Part shown: positions 24,031-35,464 of the stretch, piece after piece
How the letters are laid out: each line of letters begins with the position of its first letter
Position numbering within the stretch: the first letter of the stretch is position 1
Origin: Mobula hypostoma
Lineage: Eukaryota
Length of the DNA: 64,000 nucleotides
NCBI RefSeq assembly: GCF_963921235.1
Contig: NC_086110.1
Span: 13,702,001-13,766,000 of the forward strand
Reading direction: 5' to 3'
Translations under genes and position numbers: made by a program
The notes under the pieces: model-generated
Databases searched by the model: none
The model's input: only the letters and a program-made list of their open reading frames with translations
What the model was told of the DNA's origin: nothing

Positions 24031-24203
24031 CAATGCCGAGCTTCCATGTGCTTCCTACGAACAGAGTCAACATTCTCATTACCGTGCCTATCGCCACACC
24101 ATTTTACCCAGTTATGCATCGGAAATTTCCATGAATCGTTTGGGATGTTATGCCACTTTCACAGACACATGGTCGCCACCATTTAATTCAATCACATGTC
24201 CTC

Positions 24204-24328
24204 TCAGAAATGAAGTCGATCACAAAAACACACATCCAGCTGGATGTAATTGAGGTAGGGAAGTTGAGGAGGCTGGCTGGAAGAGGACACGACATTGTTA
24301 ATATTGTTAATCTTATCCTGCTGCGGAT
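24204..24328 (-). pseudogene. Orphan ITIM-bearing cytoplasmic terminal exon of a second receptor gene (intact or pseudogene status unknown)
   Basis: Acceptor ttttttttttctcttacaattcatccAG. Phase-1 frame (D)PQQDKINNINNVVSSSSQPPQLPYLNYIQLDVCFCDRLHF*. LNYIQL at 24237-24254 fits the ITIM consensus [ILVS]xYxx[LVI]. Confidence 0.55.
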
Positions 24329-25069
24329 CTGGATGAATTGTAAGAGAAAAAAAAACTAATGACAGACAGTTTAATTTTACCTTTCAAGTGATTTGAGATG
24401 TCTAATACAGATATGAGACTGCGGCAGAAAACTCCGCTTCCAGCGGATAAGTTTTCTGCCGAGACCGGGGGTGGTAAGGGAGGAGGGGTGGGTTGCGGGC
24501 CTGGTCTTGATCTTCAGAGATCAAAGGTGACAGTACCGTGATTAATTCCTCATGCACCACTGCCTGTCTCAAAATTATCTCGTTTGAGCACATGTGAGAT
24601 GGTTGTGATTGCTCTTAGGCGACAATTAAGTAAGACTGCACATGCATCATTAATTTCAAATGCTTTGGATGCAGTCCCTGTATCTCTATGGTTTCATCAG
24701 CATAGATCTGCTCAGTGTTAACTGGCGTTAAAAAGCACAGGATAGTATAAGAAAATGGGTGTTTTTTAAGTATTTAGTTTATCTGTTTATGAATTCCCAT
24801 CCTTGAATATGTCTGATAATATCAAAAAAATCAAGATGTTTCCACCTGTGAAGCACCGCTCTGGTTAGGTCTGCGAATCTCGATTTGTGATTCGTGAGAC
24901 GCTTTTGTCCGCTGCCCGAGATAATCCATTGAAAGGTCGCGCCTTTAAATGCCTCTACCTTTATTGGAAACATATTCCCAAGCGTTACCAAAAATGTCAT
25001 TCTTTAAGAGAACAGCACAGTGCTGCGCCAAACCTGTTATAAGCAAATCAAACCACGCAAACACTAATC

Positions 25070-25405
25070 ACACCGACCTAACCCATGTTAATCCTTGCAT
25101 CCATATGCTTATCCAAATGTCTATTAAAAGTCTCTTTTGTACTTGCCGCTACCACCATACCAGTCAGGTCATGCCAGGCATCCTCAACTCTCAAAGTAAA
25201 AGACCTGCCACTCACAGTCCCCCTGAACCTATCCCCTACCACCGTCAATATATGTCCTCTGGTGTAAGACATTTCAACTCTGGGTAACAGATACTCTCTG
25301 TACACTCTATCTATGCCTCTCATAATCTTGTGAATCTCTATCTGATCTCCCCTCAGCCCCCGACGCGCCAAAGAAAACAACCCAAGTTTATCAGCCTCTC
25401 ATGAT
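25070..25405 (-). mobile_element. CR1 3' fragment
   Basis: Minus ORF 25078-25380 (RRGLRGDQIEIHKIMRGIDRV...RVEDAWHDL). Confidence 0.85.
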
Positions 25406-28191
25406 AGCATAAATATTTCAACTGAATTTACATTATTATTTTGGTAAAATATTAGGGAGATGTGTTGCAGTTACTCCGACTGCAAATATAAGCTATTGTT
25501 TGATACCATTGGGCAAATGTGATGGGAATATCCCAGCACTCTTGGCTCCATCGGCTGAGTGAGAAATCGCGTGAACACTTGAAGTTCATAGTTTTTCACT
25601 CGGCCATAAACAGCAATGTTTTGTGTTTTCCCCTCTCCAGAGAAAGTTCCTGACTTGTCTAGAATTCCCAAACTTTTCTGTTTAATTCGGTTTGCAAACA
25701 TCGGTAGCGCTCGTTTCCGTTAATTACCTTTCTTTCCGTTAAGGACCTAACTAGATATAAGCTGAACACGTGATGGCATGACCTTCTTTCCCCTTTCGTT
25801 CGTCTTTAAATGCATCTTGGAAATATTTTAGTTAAAAGACAACTCTCGACATTGTCTCATCATGCCATTTTTCTACCTGCTCCTTACCCCATTAGCACTG
25901 CTTTTAATATCAGATGAACAAGTACAGCACACAGGATTTGGACCTTCGGCAAAGCTGTCTGTCGCGACACAATGTCAAATCAAAATAAATGTTTACTAGC
26001 TGCGTATGATCTTTATCTCACATGTCACTGCACATTCGTGTGCCCATTCAAAAGCCTCTTTCGTACAGTATCTTCTTCTGATTTCACCTTCTATAAGGAT
26101 CAATTCCCTCGAGTAAGGTACGTTTAATTCCCAGTGCTCCTGCAGTTTATGCGAATTGGAAGTCTTTGTAACAATTTGTCACATGTTTTTGCGAGTCCGT
26201 ATGAAAGAAAAACCATTCCGGTTAAGTGAATACGCAGGACATTCAACTAATTCTCAAATGCATTTTCCAACTCGTTTTAGTCTGGAACACGTTAAAGTCA
26301 TCAAATAAGAATCTACTACTCAGTGACACGAAACAGATATCATTTCATGTAATCTACGAATTCTGATGTGATTTACACCACCACCGCTTTGGAAGATTGA
26401 GTCTAATACACTTAAAAGTTATACCAAAATCCCCAGGGCTACATTATCCGGATGAGCGGAAATCATCGTCCATTTTTTACACGTAGTTCCTCAATTAAGT
26501 AATCAGAATATGTGTTCTCACACCCACCCCCACCCCCGAGATCATGTTTACATTGCCTTTTAATTTGTAAAGTAAGTTGATCACTATTCAATATTCTCGG
26601 AGAATGACTCACACATAAATATCAGCTATTCAGTTGTTCTTAAAACATTATTTAGTGTAGTTATCTCCAGAATGAACATGTCGGAGAATCAGGAAGTATA
26701 GACGCCGCAGCACAGCTTCAGAAACATTTAACTGACAGAAGCAGGCTTCCAAAAATTGGTATTTTAAACTCATTGTCGTTCTCTTAAACGCAAACGAGCA
26801 GTCTGCAACATACGTGTTTCAGAGAGGCGCAGTCTTTGACCACAGATCTTCCATGATGTCACCAACAGACTCGCGAGTGCAATTCTATTCTCAGAGAGTC
26901 TTAGTTTCCATAAACGCAAAGTATAATTACAGTCTTTGTAAACTGACAGGTCAATTAAAACCTCGAATCTTTTTATAGAAAACTTGCACAAGCACGCATG
27001 CAAACATTCGCATTTGCGAATTACAAACAGAAAGTTAACATTTATCTCCTTTGAGAGGATCCGAAACTGCATCGTCATGGCACATAATAACATAATCTCA
27101 TGGCATTTCACATGGGCAGTGGAAATAGAAATTGAAAACACCCAGGCACGCACGAATACACGCATGTAAATATTTTAATATGTTAATTTATGTACTTGGA
27201 TTCATGATTCACGGATGTGGGGATTGAACTTGGATCTCCAGAAACACGATTCCTTGCACATATTCCTAGCATTCCATATTCAATAGTCAGCAAGCTGAAC
27301 GATTAGTCTATTTACTTATCTATTTTGTTAGGTCACCTAATATTCGCTGAAATGGAATTTTAATCTCTGTTTCTTACTCTACCGTAATCCATAAATCTCC
27401 TGATCTCCGCAGGTTTAAATAATCCGTGAGATGAGTACGCTATTTCGAAGAACATTCATCTGCTGAGGCACATGGCATGAAAGGATGGTTGGCTGGTGAT
27501 GCTGGATATAGATTCTCGTGGTCGATAAGGACAAACACTACGGCTATCAGTGCTGGAATCCAACAAAGAAAGGAGAGGGATAATGGGAGCAATTAGAGGA
27601 GAAGTGAAAGACACATAAACCCAGGGGCAGATTGGGGACAGGAAATGCTTCGTATGAATTCAGTGTGGGGTGAATGGATGGAACGAGGAGGGGGCGGTAA
27701 CGAACACGTGCGCGTAGGAGCTCAGGTAAATGTGAAGAGCGTCAACCTACAAAACAAACTCGGTCGGTAATTTTGTGGTTTGCAGAATGTATAGATGGAA
27801 TATGAGTCCAGATATAAGCTACAAAATGCTAACCTTGATTGAAAATGACTTGGTGCAAGACTAGAAAGACATGCAGCAAGGTACAATGAATTGGTTTAGC
27901 CACAATTGCGAAGTATTATGAACATTTTTGGTGGAAGGAGTACAGCGAAGCATCTCTAAACTGGGTCAAGCAGCACCTATGAAGCGAAGTGGAAGGTCGA
28001 GTTTTCTGGACTAGACTGGATCAGGACTGGAAATAAAGAAGAGAGTTAGCCAGTATTAAAAGCTCGTGAAGCAATTGGAGCAAGAGTTGGAGAGTAATAG
28101 GTGGAGCCAGGTGAGGAAGTGATAGGCAGCTAAAGGGGCGAGATTTAGTATGATCCAAGAGGCTGGTCGTGATAGGTGGAAGTGAAGGGGG

Positions 28192-28788
28192 TGAAGGGGT
28201 AGGTAAATAGGGGTATAGACTAAGAACAATGATTAATTAATGATCAATCACCTTGTGGGCGCCTTAGCTTACTGTTTTGGACAGTCAGAAAGAAGTTTTA
28301 CCCAGCATCCGGTGACGTACTAGTCATTGTTCTCTAAAGACAGGCAAAGGCTCAAATAAGGAACTATGCGATCTTGCAGAAACAGCTCAAGGTATAGCTA
28401 AATATGGGAAGTATATTGTTGGGGCTAGAGTGTTCTGGAGAAAAGGGGAAGGGTCCGAATGAGGAACTGATGGACTAGCTTTGGCTTAAAATAAGTATAA
28501 CTAACTGACCAATGATTATCTTACATAGAATTGTGTCTTAACATGTGATTGAAATGATTCTAATATTATCTAAACTTGTAATCTTAAGATTTCATGCTAA
28601 CTGATCAATGTTATAAAATGTGGAGAATTGTGTAATTCGGGGCAGTGTCTGGACTGTCTCTTTTGGGAGATCATTCTGTAACTTCCCCCATAGCATGCTA
28701 TGAGTAAAGAATAAAGGTTTGAAAAAGAATTACGTGTGTTAGTGTTCTTATGGTGCTTTGTCTTTGCATCGGACTGTCCAGTACGACA
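28192..28788 (+). repeat. ERV 5' LTR (597 bp; may start at 28183)
   Basis: TGAAGGGG...GTACGACA. TATAAAA at about 28612, palindrome CATAGCATGCTATG at 28689-28702, AATAAA at 28710. Confidence 0.95.
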
Positions 28789-28791
28789 ACT

Positions 28792-28809
28792 TGGCGAGCC
28801 AGCCAGGAG
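28792..28809 (+). promoter_or_regulatory. Primer-binding site complementary to tRNA-Arg(ACG)
   Basis: TGGCGAGCCAGCCAGGAG (match continues TC), 3 nt after the LTR. It is the reverse complement of the vertebrate tRNA-Arg-ACG 3' end ...CTCCTGGCTGGCTCGCCA as recalled. Confidence 0.85.
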
Positions 28810-29475
28810 TCCAAGACGAGGATGTCAGCGTTCGACTCGGTGGCGGTGGCCTGAGACAGGTGGGCCCACAAGGTAAGATTTACCTTGACCTCTCTCATTC
28901 ATTGCCCACCTTGACGATCCCTTCGTCTGTCGGGTAATCCTCTGATGGACTCCTTCCGAAACCTGAGTTGAGGATCGTCTGAGTACCACAGGTTAAACGA
29001 GGGGCTAGAGTCCCCAACGAAGTATAAGGTAAAGTAAAGGATTACAGTCCCCGCCGATGTATTGTGAGTATTAAAGCCTGCCGGTGCTAACAAATTGGGC
29101 AGCGGGTCATTGGTAGTGATCTATCACATTTTCTTTGAGTGTGTTACAGCAAATTGTTCAGCGGGTTAGTGGCAGTAACCTATTACATTTTGGAGCTGGT
29201 AACTATTCTAATTGGCGTGGGGGACCGGGGCGTATAGCGCAGTAAATTGACCAGCACAGAGCAGAGCAGACGTTTGGCCAATCACAGGGGAAGTGGCTTT
29301 CCTCTGCAATCTATCCGGATGCTATAAATACGTTTTGGGGTATACTTGTGACAATTTGCCTGTCTCAGCACCCTGCCTTAGACTGGTTGTTAAGAGAGGA
29401 AATCCCCCACGCGAAGGTCAGGACCCTGAAGTGGGAGTGAGAAAAGGAGGCGGCTAACCCACCCGATTAGGGGGC

Positions 29476-30935
29476 ATGGGGCAAAGATTAGATAAGTCTG
29501 TAAATAACACGCCATTGTTTAAACTTTGTAAGGATGACCCAGAGAGAGAGAGTGATTACCGAAGGTTATCAGCATGACTAAATAAGAAATTGGGGAGTGA
29601 CATTTGGCCTCTGGGTGGGACCTGGGATTTGGATAAATGTCTAAAGGTAGAAGAAGCAAATAGGAAGCGTAATACCGGACAAAAATGGAAGGTTTTAATG
29701 TCCAATTGGAGAAAAGCGGCCGAAGAATTAAATAACAGATCTAAGCAAAGTAGATGGGAGCATAACGCATCGTCGCAGAGGGATTAGTGTATGTGACAAT
29801 GAAGGAAATTAGAAACCGTGGGAAATATTAAATGAGCTGTGTGAGGATCATGATAAGAATAAGGAAAAACAGGATAGGGAATAAAGAGATAGGTGGGCTA
29901 AGGATAGACGGAAGGATGATGATGAAGCCGGCAAAAGTAAAACTGAGGTACCTCTTGACCGGTCTGGACTGCCTATGCTCTTTAATGAAAATGTCACAGA
30001 GGAGGAGGAGGTATTGCACATTCCCGTTGCCTGCATTCCAACCCACGGCGCCACCACCCCCATCTAACGTTACTGTTGCCCAACCCCAGGCACCTCCGAA
30101 TACACCGTCCCCAAGCCCAATAGCCTCCCGAACCAGGGGATAACTTCAGCGACGGGGGAGTAATAGGCGCCAGGCTAGGAGGCGACGAAACCTTTTGGTG
30201 GGAGATGGCCCCTGACAGGCCCTGAGACGGATACTGATTATGACGCTAGTATTGAAAATGATGACTCGGAAGACTCGAGACCCAGAGGGAGAGGGATCCC
30301 TGGGCAATTTCCCAACAGAACCGTTCCCAACCCTAGGGTAGGACAGCCGAACCAGGCGGATACTATTCAGGTTTAAAGACCTTGGAAGCCCCAAGAAATG
30401 TGTATGATCATGAATCAGGTCCCGAACAGGGAAAATGATCCCGAGGGATCTATCGATTGGTACAACCCAAATGTTTCAGGTGACTCCCCAGGATCTTTTC
30501 AGCTTGTGCTGCATGGCTGTTACGACCAGTGAACGGAAAAAATGAAAATAAGCTATAGGGGATCATGACAATTGGGAGGCCTTTTCCACCGCAACCCTGC
30601 CCACAGAACGGATGGACAAAATAACGAAGGCACTAAAGAAGGCTTTGCAGCGCCCCGTAGACATCGTTATGGTCCTTGAGTGCCGCCAAAGGCGGGAGAA
30701 GACGGTTGCGATTTTTGGGAACGCTTCTGCTCCCTTTGTGCAACCTACTCTGGAGATGCCGCCTGTAATGCCGGCAATACTTCGCCCCAGTTTAATTCGA
30801 TGATATTACAGTGCCCTCCGGAGGATGTGCCCAAGGCTATTAGAATTATATGGACTGGCCCGATAGGAATAAGCAGGCCGTGAAAAGGGCAGTTGAGCAT
30901 TTTTTGAGTCATGCGGGGATTCCAAGCCAACCAGA
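29476..30935 (+). pseudogene. gag: ERV gag (MA, Pro-rich spacer, CA), frameshifted and C-terminally truncated
   Basis: MGQRLDKS myristoylation-type start, WPLGGTWDL, PTAP late-domain motif at 30042-30053, PIASRTR, RPWKPQEM, and MHR-like GEDGCDFWERF...YSG. Confidence 0.85.
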
Positions 30936-30944
30936 GTAGAGCAT

Positions 30945-33604
30945 GAAATTGTGCAGCCTATACATCCGGTGGTCCCTACGATTTTAAGCAACATTCCATC
31001 GGACTCCCAAGTTTTTACTATAGTAGATCTGCAGCATGCGTTTTTTTGCAGTACCCCTTGCTCCTGAGTCACAGTACCTTTTTGCATTTACCTTTCAAGG
31101 CCAGCAGTACACTTGGACTAGGTTACCCCAAGGGTTTGTGCACTCTCCCACCATTTTCTCGCAGATATTACATAGGCAGCTTAGAGATTTAAAATTTCCC
31201 GGGGGCTCTACGGTAATACAGTACGTTGATGACCTCCTACTGGCACGCCCATCAGAAACCTCAAACGTGCAGGACACCAATACGCTTCTGAACGCTTTGC
31301 TTTCATGGGAATACGTGATCCCGCCCCGAAAAGTAAAGAAAACCCAACGGCAAGTGAGATTACTGGGAACCCTTTTGATTGCAACCGAAAGGCAGCTCAT
31401 CCCAGAAAGGGTAACCAGAATCCTTGCGAGCCCCTGCCATCTACGCCGAAAGCCATGCGCTTCGGGGTCTAACTTAATGGAATAATAGGCAATAGGCTTC
31501 CGTCTATCCCCATGAATCTGAGTGAGCACTGCAGTGGCGCAATCATCTAAAACATTCACAAAAATTTGGAACGGACGGTCATAGAGCGTCCTTGCGCTGG
31601 TAAACTTTGGCAGACAGTGGATTCCCAATTTGGCTATGTATACAAAACATTTGAGCTCTCTGGCTTCCGGTTCGCTTGCGGGGCCGCTAAAGCTAACTGA
31701 GCAATAGAGAGAGGCTTTTGAGGAATTGAAGAAATCCCTCTCGAGGTCACCTGCTCTCGGCCGCCCGCTCTATGACCGTCCGTTCCAACCTTTTGTGAAT
31801 GTTTTAGATGATTGCGCCACTGCAGTGCTCACTGAGATTCATGGGGATAGACGGAAGCCTATTGCCTATTATTCCATTAAGTTAGACCCCGTAGCCCAGG
31901 GATTACCCCCTGTTCGCAGATGCTCCCGGCCATTTACTCCCTAATTACGGCTGTTTCCAACATCACTCTCCAACAGCCAGTTACAGTGTATTCGTCCCAC
32001 ACCATTGCAGCGCAGCTGACCACCCACCAAACCCAACATCTGACGCAGGCCAGACTAAGCCGTTATGAAATAGCATTACTTAATAACCCACTCCTCACCT
32101 TTGCATACGGTGATACCATCAACCCGTGCTACATTTTTAGAGACGGCACCTGTTGAGTTGACTGAGCCTCCTCATGACTGCCTGCTTAGGAACCGCTTCC
32201 TCACCTCCTCCGGAACCCCCGTCCAGAATGACATGTGTGTAAGGAGCCTCCTTCAGGTCATACTCCTCCCCGAAATAAATTAGCCATTATTAAATGTTCG
32301 GCTCATCTAAAAGACGAATCTGCAGTGACTGAAGGAATTAACAGAGCAGATTTGTCTGCCAAGCAGGCTGCACAGGAGGCGACTGCTATAGTCTTAAATG
32401 CAGAACATTTGGCCTTCACCTTGACTAAAACACCACGAGCGCCGGGCAATCCAGACGGGGCTACAGTTCAAAAACTCCAGGGGGACGCCCCTGATTCACA
32501 AAAACAACTTTGGAAGACACACGGATGTGCGCATTCGGTGTCCACAGGCCTCTGGCACACGCCAGTTGGCCCGGTTGTATTCCTAATACATTGCTGCCTA
32601 TGTTGCCCGATTGCCTGCATACGGACACCCACCTTGGCAAGGGGGGAATGAGTAATATTTTGCTCCGCACATGGTGCCATCCCAGGTTGGAGGAAACTGC
32701 TGCAGCAAAATTACAAGCCTGTTTGATTTGCCAAAAGAAAAACGCAGAAAAGGGAGTAACGTGTGCCCCAGGGAAAACCTCCTTGCCAAGTGGCCCTTTT
32801 GAATGTATTCAGCTTGATTTTATTGAACTACCACGCGTGTACTGTTATAAGCATTGCTTAGTGATTGTATATGTGTTCAGTAAATGGATTGAAGCCTTTC
32901 CGACCACCAATAATAAAGCTTCTACGGTGGTAAGGTTGGTGCTTACAGAGATTATACCGAGATTCAGATTGCCCAGACAAATAAGTTCGGATAATGGCCC
33001 TCACTTTGTAGGAAATATAAATAAAGAACTATATAAGGTGCTGAGCATCGAACAGCAGTTTTATTGTGCTTACCACCCGAAAGCTGCAGGAATAGTGAAA
33101 CGGGCCAAGGGCACCCTGATACACAAGCTGTCTAAGTTAATGTCCGAAACCGGACTGAGTTGGCTGAAGGTCCTTCCGCTGGCTTCATACCATATGAGAA
33201 TAACCCCGCACTCCACTACAGGGGTGTCTGCAGCTGAAGTTGTTTATGGGCGTCCGGGAAGGACCTCATGGGACGCTGACATGCAGCCTCCCACCCAAAT
33301 TGATCAAAATGTCATGGGGGACGAAATGCAAAAGTACTTTAGCCAACTAACATCCTCTCTAAAGTTTCTTCACTCCCAGGTACAGAATGCCCTTAAGGAG
33401 CCTAGAGGTCAGGGAACGGAGTGGCCGGAGTTGAAAATTGGAGATTCGGTACTGATCAGGGATTGGGAGCGCTCCAATCTTAGACCCCGGTGGAAAGGGC
33501 CATTCCAGATACTACTGCAAACCCCAACGGCCGTTAAGGTTCGAGGGAACAGCCGCTGGATCCACCTAAGTGATTGCAAACGATGGGCTCCGCAGGTGGA
33601 CTAA
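30945..33604 (+). pseudogene. pol: ERV pol (RT, partial RNase H, integrase); protease and RT N-terminus missing
   Basis: DLQHAFF, WTRLPQGFVHSP, YVDDLLLA, PIAYYS, IIKCSAH. Integrase HTDTH...CLIC, QLDFI, SSDNG and PRWKGPF. Confidence 0.92.
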
Positions 33605-34830
33605 GACTATTACTGGACTTTTCACTATCATAACTACCTCCGCGGTATTAAGCCTGGAGTACAATTTATTTTATAAGACTCATATGCGTCTGGATGGTAA
33701 CCGTACTGCGTGTTATCCTTTGGTAATATCTGTAGAAGCATTGTTTGTTGCTAACCCATCAGGGCTAAATAAGGAAAGCTTAAAAGGGGGGCTGTGGGAA
33801 AGTGCCTCAAGAGAGTGGGTGGTGAAACTACTGGCGAGGGCATTGGGGATTATCCCTTCTGTTTTGCAGGGGAGGGAGAGGGATGCGTCCTTGTCAGGGT
33901 TCTCTCGGAGTTACCTTGCCTGAAGAAACATTGTCCAGACCGCCGATGTAGGATAGACCAGGGAATATTCTCTTGCAAATGTATCCACGAACAATGCGTG
34001 CCCCTGTTTAAGGGAATTCAGTATGTATGTGGATATTGCAATGGGACTCATGTGTCGGCAGGTTCAGAGACTTTTGACTATTCTTCCCTGTATCCACAGG
34101 AGCACTTGTGGTATGACGAAATAGTGACTTACAAAAATACCTGTGACCGGGCCAGGACAGGATATGTGCTATTGTTCAACGGTACCTATACTACAGCTAC
34201 CACCACTATGCCTAACCTTCTCGCAGTAGGAACGATTGGACCACTTCCTGTTCCCTGCCCTCAGGTTGCCCACGTTCAACGGCGACTGACAGCTTGAGCC
34301 GTGAGTAAGGAATTCTGTACTGACTGGAGGAATCCTGTTGCTCTTCTCTGGGCTATGGGTTTGCAAGCACTCTCTCTCTAGGGGGTTCAGGGGTAAAGAA
34401 CCACAACTTGCTCATTTGTGGGCTGGCGCATTGGGAAACAGTACGATGGAAGGTCTGGAGGCTGTTAACAGAGAACTGGTGGCGTTGCGACTCTACGCAC
34501 AGCAGACCAGGTATACTATGGATTATCCGTTGGCCCAACAGGGAGGGGTATGCACCATAGTGGGAGACAAATGTATCACCATGTTACTGACGAATCATAC
34601 GACGTGACCCATGCCATTCAGTCCATTAAGAAACAGTTGGATGATTTCAGGTAAGGTTCGGGGAAGGGGGATGGCTGGTTAGGATGGTTGCAGGGAGGAT
34701 CATGAGGGTCTTATTTACTGCATGGACTGATTATTCTCATTGTTATAATTATTGCTTGCTGTGTGGTAATAACCTGCCTAAATGCTGGCTGCTGACTTCT
34801 CACGGAAAGACTGATGGCACTCTGCTCTAC
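33583..34830 (+). pseudogene. env: ERV env, compact and frameshifted
   Basis: Reconstructed signal peptide MGSAGGLRLLL(G)LFTIITTSAVLS, Cys-rich SU with CGYC, HVQRR cleavage-like site, QTRYTMDYPLAQQGGVCTIVGDKCIT, and TM anchor LLHGLIILIVIIIACCVVITCL. Confidence 0.85.
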
Positions 34831-34860
34831 CCCCATTTGATTGGTTATCATGGTATGATA

Positions 34861-34879
34861 AAAAGGGAGAATTAAGGGG
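34861..34879 (+). promoter_or_regulatory. Polypurine tract
   Basis: aaaagggagaattaagggg directly before the 3' LTR. Confidence 0.8.
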
Positions 34880-35464
34880 TGAAGGGGTAGGTAAATAGGG
34901 ACAATGATTAATTAATGATCAATCACCTTGTGGGCAACTTAGCTTACTGTTTTGGACAGTCAGAAAGAAGCTTTACCCAGTAACCGGTGACGTACTAGTC
35001 ATTGTTCTCTAAAGACAGGCAAAGGCTCAAATAAGGAACTACCTGATCTTGCAGAAACAGCTCAAGGTATAGCTAAATATGGGAAGTATGCTGTAGGGGC
35101 TAGAGTGTTCTGGAGAAAAGGGGAAGGGTCCGAATGAGGAACTGATGGGCTAGCTTTGGCTTAAAATAATTATAACTTACTGACCTATGATTATTTGACA
35201 TATAATTGTTTGTTAACATGTGATTGAAATAATTCTAATGTTATTTAAACTTGTAATCGTAGTATTTCCTGCTTCCTGATCAATGTTATAAATTGTGGAG
35301 AATTGTGTAATTCGGGGGCAATGTCTGGACTGGCTCTTTTAGGAGATCAGTCTGTAACTTCCCCCATAGCATGCTATGAGTAAAGAGTAAAGGTTTGAAA
35401 AAGAATTACGTGAGTTAGTGTTTTTGTGGTACTTTGTCTTTGCATCGTTCGGTCCAGTACGACA
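34880..35464 (+). repeat. ERV 3' LTR (585 bp)
   Basis: Direct repeat of the 5' LTR with about 42 substitutions and 2 indels by manual count. Confidence 0.95.

Larger units (their letters stand above)
28192..35464 (+). mobile_element. Endogenous retrovirus, class I (gamma/epsilon-like), two LTRs, internally deleted
   Basis: LTR-PBS-gag-pol-env-PPT-LTR order, RT motif YVDD, integrase GPF motif, and env with an immunosuppressive-domain-like segment. Confidence 0.95.

Noticed and set aside
24381-24401. 21-nt phase 1-1 micro-exon (DISNHLK) upstream of the ITIM exon
   Set aside because: It would need a 52-nt intron, too short to trust in a vertebrate.
25884-26140. Candidate small cytoplasmic exons (DSFAEGPNPVCC...; EHWELNVPYSRE...) for the second gene
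   Set aside because: Plausible splice sites, but no recognisable motif and no consistent phase path to the ITIM exon.
28792-28811. tRNA-like sequence
   Set aside because: Only the 18-20 nt PBS complement is present. There is no tRNA gene.
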